Source: an uncultured Actinomycetota bacterium
GTDB lineage: Bacteria; Actinomycetota; Actinomycetes; Jiangellales; Jiangellaceae
Assembly (NCBI GenBank): GCA_963801065.1
Contig: CAWDDG010000009.1
Coordinates: 18,721-82,720, forward strand
Direction of reading: 5' to 3'
Length of the DNA: 64,000 nt
The notes beneath the pieces were generated by a model. The model had not been told where the DNA came from. It did no database searches and saw only the letters and a program-made list of their open reading frames with translations. The translations under genes and the position numbers were made by a program. Shown piece by piece: positions 60,658 through 64,000 of the stretch (position 1 is its first letter; the number at the start of each line of letters is the position of its first letter).

Positions 60658-61314
60658 TCACATCGCGTTCACCGGAATGGACGCCAGCCGCGCACCGTCG
60701 CCGGCAACCACCGCCAGCTCCTCGATGCCGTCCAAGGTCGTCGCTGTCGCTCCCGGCACGTCCACGTTCCCGTCATAGCGCACGATCCAGCTGGCTGCGG
60801 TATCGGTGCGGCCCTCACGATCGCGGACGAGCAGGCTGCACCATTCTCCGGGCGCGACCCCAGCCAACCGGAGCCGGATCTCGGTGCCCCACGGGTGCGG
60901 GGTCAGCCAGGCGGTAGCCGTGACGCCCGTATCGGCCTCGGTCGCCGTGACCGAGCTCGTGCCCACCGAGACGTTCTGTCCGTCCTCAGGCGCCGCCCCG
61001 CCGCCGACGGCACCCGCCGTGACGACTGCGGCGGCCACCAGAACAGCCGCCGCCAGCATGAAGCCCACGCGACGACGTCGCCGGCTCACCACTCGTGCGT
61101 CCAGCAGCCGGTCGAGCAGGTGTCCGGACGGCTCGGGCGGCGTCAGGTCGTCGACGTGGACCCGACTCAGCAGCACCGGCACGGGTCGCAGCTCGTCAGC
61201 CGCCGCCCGACAGGCGGCGCATCCCTCGAGGTGCGCATCCATCGCGGCGCGCTCACGCTCGTCGACCGCTCCGAGCATGTACACGCCGATCGACTCCGTC
61301 ACCACGCAACTCAT
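60658..61314 (-). CDS. zf-HC2 anti-sigma factor
   Basis: From the ATG at 61314. It has the H-x3-C-x2-C motif (DAHLEGCAACRAA), one TM helix (VGFMLAAAVLVAAAVV) and an extracytoplasmic domain. It overlaps the sigma gene by 4 nt. Confidence 0.75.
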   Translation of the reverse strand: MSCVVTESIGVYMLGAVDERERAAMDAHLEGCAACRAAADELRPVPVLLSRVHVDDLTPPEPSGHLLDRLLDARVVSRRRRRVGFMLAAAVLVAAAVVTAGAVGGGAAPEDGQNVSVGTSSVTATEADTGVTATAWLTPHPWGTEIRLRLAGVAPGEWCSLLVRDREGRTDTAASWIVRYDGNVDVPGATATTLDGIEELAVVAGDGARLASIPVNAM

Positions 61315-61829
61315 CGAGAGCTCACCCCGCTCTCCTCCAGAACCAGGCGCAACGCCCGAAGCGCGTAGAAGCTGCGCGACTTCACGGTCCCTTCTGGGAT
61401 CCCGAGCGCCGCCGCGGCCTGGGCGACCGACAGTCCCCCGAAGAACAGGTGCACGAGAACCTCGCGGTGAGCAGGGCTGAGCTTCCGTAGAGCGTCGGCG
61501 ACCTGCCACGACAGCATGGCCTGGTCCAGCTCGTCGTCGGCCACCAGAGTCTCGGAGCCCACCAGCGGCACCTCCCGTGCCCGCGCCTGCCGGCTGCGGT
61601 GCCGCGAGATCACGAGGTTTCGCGCGACCGTGAACAGCCATGGCCGGGTCCGCTCGGCCGTGAGCGCATCGGGATGCCGCCACGCCCGGAGCAATGTCTC
61701 CTGGACGATGTCCTCTGCTTGCTGTCGGTCACCGCCCACCAGCCGACGGACGAATCCGAGCAGCGAGGCGGCGTGCTCGTCGTAGAGCGTCCGTAACAGC
61801 TCCTCGTCGGCGACCGGTCGGGCTCCCAC
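61311..61829 (-). CDS. ECF sigma factor
   Basis: 172 aa with region 2 AEDIVQETLLRAWRH...RPWLFTVARNLVISRHR and region 4 LSPAHREVLVHLFFGGLSVAQAAAALGIPEGTVKSR. Confidence 0.88.
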   Translation of the reverse strand: MGARPVADEELLRTLYDEHAASLLGFVRRLVGGDRQQAEDIVQETLLRAWRHPDALTAERTRPWLFTVARNLVISRHRSRQARAREVPLVGSETLVADDELDQAMLSWQVADALRKLSPAHREVLVHLFFGGLSVAQAAAALGIPEGTVKSRSFYALRALRLVLEESGVSSR

Positions 61830-61861
61830 ACCCTTGCTACGCCTGCGTCAGCCGTCCAGGT

Positions 61862-62710
61862 TCAGTAGGTGTAGAAGCCGCGACCCGTCTTACGGCCCAG
61901 GTCTCCCGCCGCCACCATTCGGGTCAACGTCTCGGGTGGGAAGAACTTCGGGTCGCCGGTCTCGGCGTAGATGGTCGATGTCGCGTGCCGCAGGATGTCG
62001 ACGCCGGTCAGATCCGTGGTGGCGAGCGGCCCCATGGCGTGGCCGAAGCCCAGCTTGCAGGCGGTGTCGATGTCCTCGGCCGATGCCACGCCGGACTCGT
62101 ACAGGCGCACAGCCTCCACGACCAGCGCGCTGATCAGCCGCGTGGTCACGAACCCGGCGACGTCGCGGTTGACGACGACGCAGGTCTTCCCCACCGACTC
62201 CGCGAACGAGCGGGCGGTGGCCAGGGTCTCGTCCGATGTGTGCAGGCCGCGAACGAGCTCGCACAACGCCATCAGCGGCACCGGCGAGAAGAAGTGCATG
62301 CCCACGACGCTCCCGGGTCGCTGCGTCGCCGAGGCGATGGTCGTGATCGGGATCGCGCTGGTATTCGTGGCGAGCACCACGCCGTCCCGCAATATCCGGT
62401 CGAGGTCGCGGAAGACCGCCTGCTTCACCTCGAGCTGCTCGAAGATCGCCTCGACCACGAGGTCGGCGTCCGCGGCGGCGTCGAGGTCCGTCGTCGCCGT
62501 GATCCGTGCCAACGACGCTTCGCGATCGCCGGCGGAGAGCCGGCCCTTCTCGACGAAGCGCCCCGTGCTCTCCTCGATCGCGTCGACACCGCGGCGCAGC
62601 GCCTCGTCGGAGACGTCGCGCAGGACGACGTGCCAACCCGCCTGCGCCGCTACCTGAGCGATCCCGGATCCCATGAGCCCAGCCCCGATGACGGCGACTC
62701 GCTGCGACAT
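61862..62710 (-). CDS. 3-hydroxyacyl/3-hydroxybutyryl-CoA dehydrogenase
   Basis: The ATG at 62710 is preceded by AAGGGACAGGGA. It reads MSQRVAVIGAGLMGSGIAQVAA...HFFSPVPLM..ELV....TS, with the C-terminal ...GRKTGRGFYTY. Confidence 0.9.
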   Translation of the reverse strand: MSQRVAVIGAGLMGSGIAQVAAQAGWHVVLRDVSDEALRRGVDAIEESTGRFVEKGRLSAGDREASLARITATTDLDAAADADLVVEAIFEQLEVKQAVFRDLDRILRDGVVLATNTSAIPITTIASATQRPGSVVGMHFFSPVPLMALCELVRGLHTSDETLATARSFAESVGKTCVVVNRDVAGFVTTRLISALVVEAVRLYESGVASAEDIDTACKLGFGHAMGPLATTDLTGVDILRHATSTIYAETGDPKFFPPETLTRMVAAGDLGRKTGRGFYTY

Positions 62711-62727
62711 TCCCTGTCCCTTTCCAC

Positions 62728-63099
62728 ATGTGGCCAACGCGGGTGTGCCGCGCCTCCCGGCTGGGCACACTGGTGAGCGTGCCAGGTACGGGGAGCGCGA
62801 CCTACGTCCTGGGGCCGCTCCTTATTGCTGCACTGCTCGGCGTGCTACTGCTCGTCGTCCGGTGGGCGTTCGGGCGCGGCCCCGCGGCGACCGGGCGACC
62901 CCGGCCCGAGTACGGCCTTCTGCAGCCCGTCGCCGCCGCGCGCACCACCGACCAGCTCGAGCCCGTCCGGCTCGCCCTGGACAGTGCCGGCATCCGCTGC
63001 ACCGTCAGCCGTGCGACCGACGGGCACCGGCTGTTGGTCTGGCCCGACGACGCCGCCCGCGCCCGTGACCTCGTCCGCCGGGTGACCGGGAGCAGTTGA
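62728..63099 (+). CDS. small membrane-anchored hypothetical protein
   Basis: 123-aa ORF (alternative GTG at 62773) with one TM helix (YVLGPLLIAALLGVLLLVV) and a soluble tail of about 70 aa. Third-position GC is very high. A resemblance of the tail to DUF2007 is only an impression. Confidence 0.5.
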   Translation: MWPTRVCRASRLGTLVSVPGTGSATYVLGPLLIAALLGVLLLVVRWAFGRGPAATGRPRPEYGLLQPVAAARTTDQLEPVRLALDSAGIRCTVSRATDGHRLLVWPDDAARARDLVRRVTGSS

Positions 63100-63990
63100 C
63101 CGCCATTTCTCCCACGCCATGGCCACCATGACCACCACCGCCACGTAGACCCAGCCGAGGAGTGCGTCCACGACGTAATGCTCGCCGCCGTAGACCAGGG
63201 TCAGCGCCATGGCCAGCGGATATGCCGCGATCAGCAACCGCAGTGCGGGGTTCCGCACCAACGACCAGAGCGTCACGCTGACCAGCAGCGCGAACGCGGT
63301 GTGCAATGAGGGCAGCGCGGCGATCAGGTTCGAGCCGGCCTGCGCCTGCTCCAGCCAGGCGCCTGCGCTGCGCAGCCCGAGCACGGCCCACCCGTTGGTG
63401 ATGACGCGGTCGATCTCCTCGGCGACGAAGCCGTACCTGGCGGCGTACCAGGGCGGTGCCGCGGGCAGCAGGATGTAGGTCGCCAGCCCGGCGTAGGACA
63501 GCAGCACGACGCGGCGCACGTACGTCAGCCACACCGGCCGCGACCGCACGTAGAGCACCGCCGCGAGCGCCCAGGGCAGGACGAAATGCGACGCGTAAAC
63601 GAGCGACGCGACCGCGTCCCACCAGTGCGGGTCGGCCGGGTGGGAGAAGTTTTCCTGCAGCCACGCGCTCGGGAGGACGCCGCCGAACATCGACCGTTCC
63701 ACGTCGACCAGCTCGGTGATCCGGATCGGCATGCCGAGTGAGTCGGCGATGCCACGGGTGTGGTCGTAGAGGATGAGCGCCGCCAGGAGCGGCAGCCAGT
63801 CCAGCACCGCGCGCATGTGGTCGCGCAGCGGCCGGCCCAGGCGGGCGGCGACGATCCCGAGCAGGATCCAGCCGGTCTGCCCGATCCGGTCGGTCGGAAC
63901 CCCGACCGTCACGATGTAGACCGCGAGGACGGTCAGGTAGACGGTGAGCCCGATCCTGGGCAGCGGCCAGCTCCGCAGTCGTCCCATCAC
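62845..63990 (-). CDS. PAP2-superfamily membrane phosphatase / phosphotransferase
   Basis: 381 aa with PAP2 motifs ALPSLHTAFA and GGEHYVVDALLGW. The last roughly 85 codons are antisense to the previous gene and may not be meaningful. Confidence 0.78.
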   Translation of the reverse strand: MMGRLRSWPLPRIGLTVYLTVLAVYIVTVGVPTDRIGQTGWILLGIVAARLGRPLRDHMRAVLDWLPLLAALILYDHTRGIADSLGMPIRITELVDVERSMFGGVLPSAWLQENFSHPADPHWWDAVASLVYASHFVLPWALAAVLYVRSRPVWLTYVRRVVLLSYAGLATYILLPAAPPWYAARYGFVAEEIDRVITNGWAVLGLRSAGAWLEQAQAGSNLIAALPSLHTAFALLVSVTLWSLVRNPALRLLIAAYPLAMALTLVYGGEHYVVDALLGWVYVAVVVMVAMAWEKWRSTAPGHPADEVTGAGGVVGPDQQPVPVGRTADGAADAGTVQGEPDGLELVGGARGGDGLQKAVLGPGSPGRRGAAPERPPDDEQ

Positions 63991-64000
63991 GACTCGAAGT

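Overview
This window is very GC-rich (about 70% by eye, not computed) and looks like actinobacterial chromosome. All family calls come from reading the supplied translations and the DNA. No database search was run, and start codons are inferred. Bases 1-28.7 kb hold a conserved housekeeping block, almost entirely on the minus strand: tig, clpP1, clpP2, clpX, valS, folC, DUF4233, ndk, an OmpR-type two-component pair, mtnP (plus strand), a TIGR03960 radical SAM gene, a TIGR03936 partner, rne, rplU, rpmA, obg, proB, an APH-like kinase, a membrane protein and proA. A roughly 4.5 kb accessory and decayed segment (9.85-14.4 kb) splits the radical SAM gene from its TIGR03936 partner. It carries a 94-bp palindromic element, a broken sugar-binding-protein gene, a frameshifted AI-2E permease, vapBC, a thioredoxin-like gene and a decayed hydrolase remnant. 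A divergent tRNA-Pro/tRNA-Gly pair (28.8-29.1 kb) precedes a variable region (29.2-39.5 kb). That region holds an SDR, an ECF sigma factor with an NTF2-like tail, VOC, YdeI, DUF4389, a YcaQ-like glycosylase, a secreted EEP nuclease/phosphatase and LtrA. It also holds three gene remnants, including a DUF222-HNH gene with five frame changes. The rest (39.5-64 kb) contains two similar ABC-2 transporter plus HisKA_3 kinase plus LuxR regulator cassettes. It also has a PP2C phosphatase, rpiB, pepN, an LLM oxidoreductase, an amidase, two tandem paralogous membrane proteins and a large LAL-type regulator. After these come meaA (ethylmalonyl-CoA mutase-like), an ECF sigma/anti-sigma pair, a 3-hydroxyacyl-CoA dehydrogenase and a PAP2 protein. 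I found no CRISPR array, rRNA, integrase, transposase or recognisable defence system. The observations I rate most worth a second look are the following. (1) The palindromic repeat family, with one full copy and one half-copy that overlaps the obg stop codon. (2) A 59-codon upstream ORF, absent from the ORF track, with a strong Shine-Dalgarno and an ATGA overlap with the LAL regulator start. (3) The accessory segment and the short repeats at its edges. (4) Pseudogenes confined to accessory patches. (5) Recurring leaderless-type promoters.
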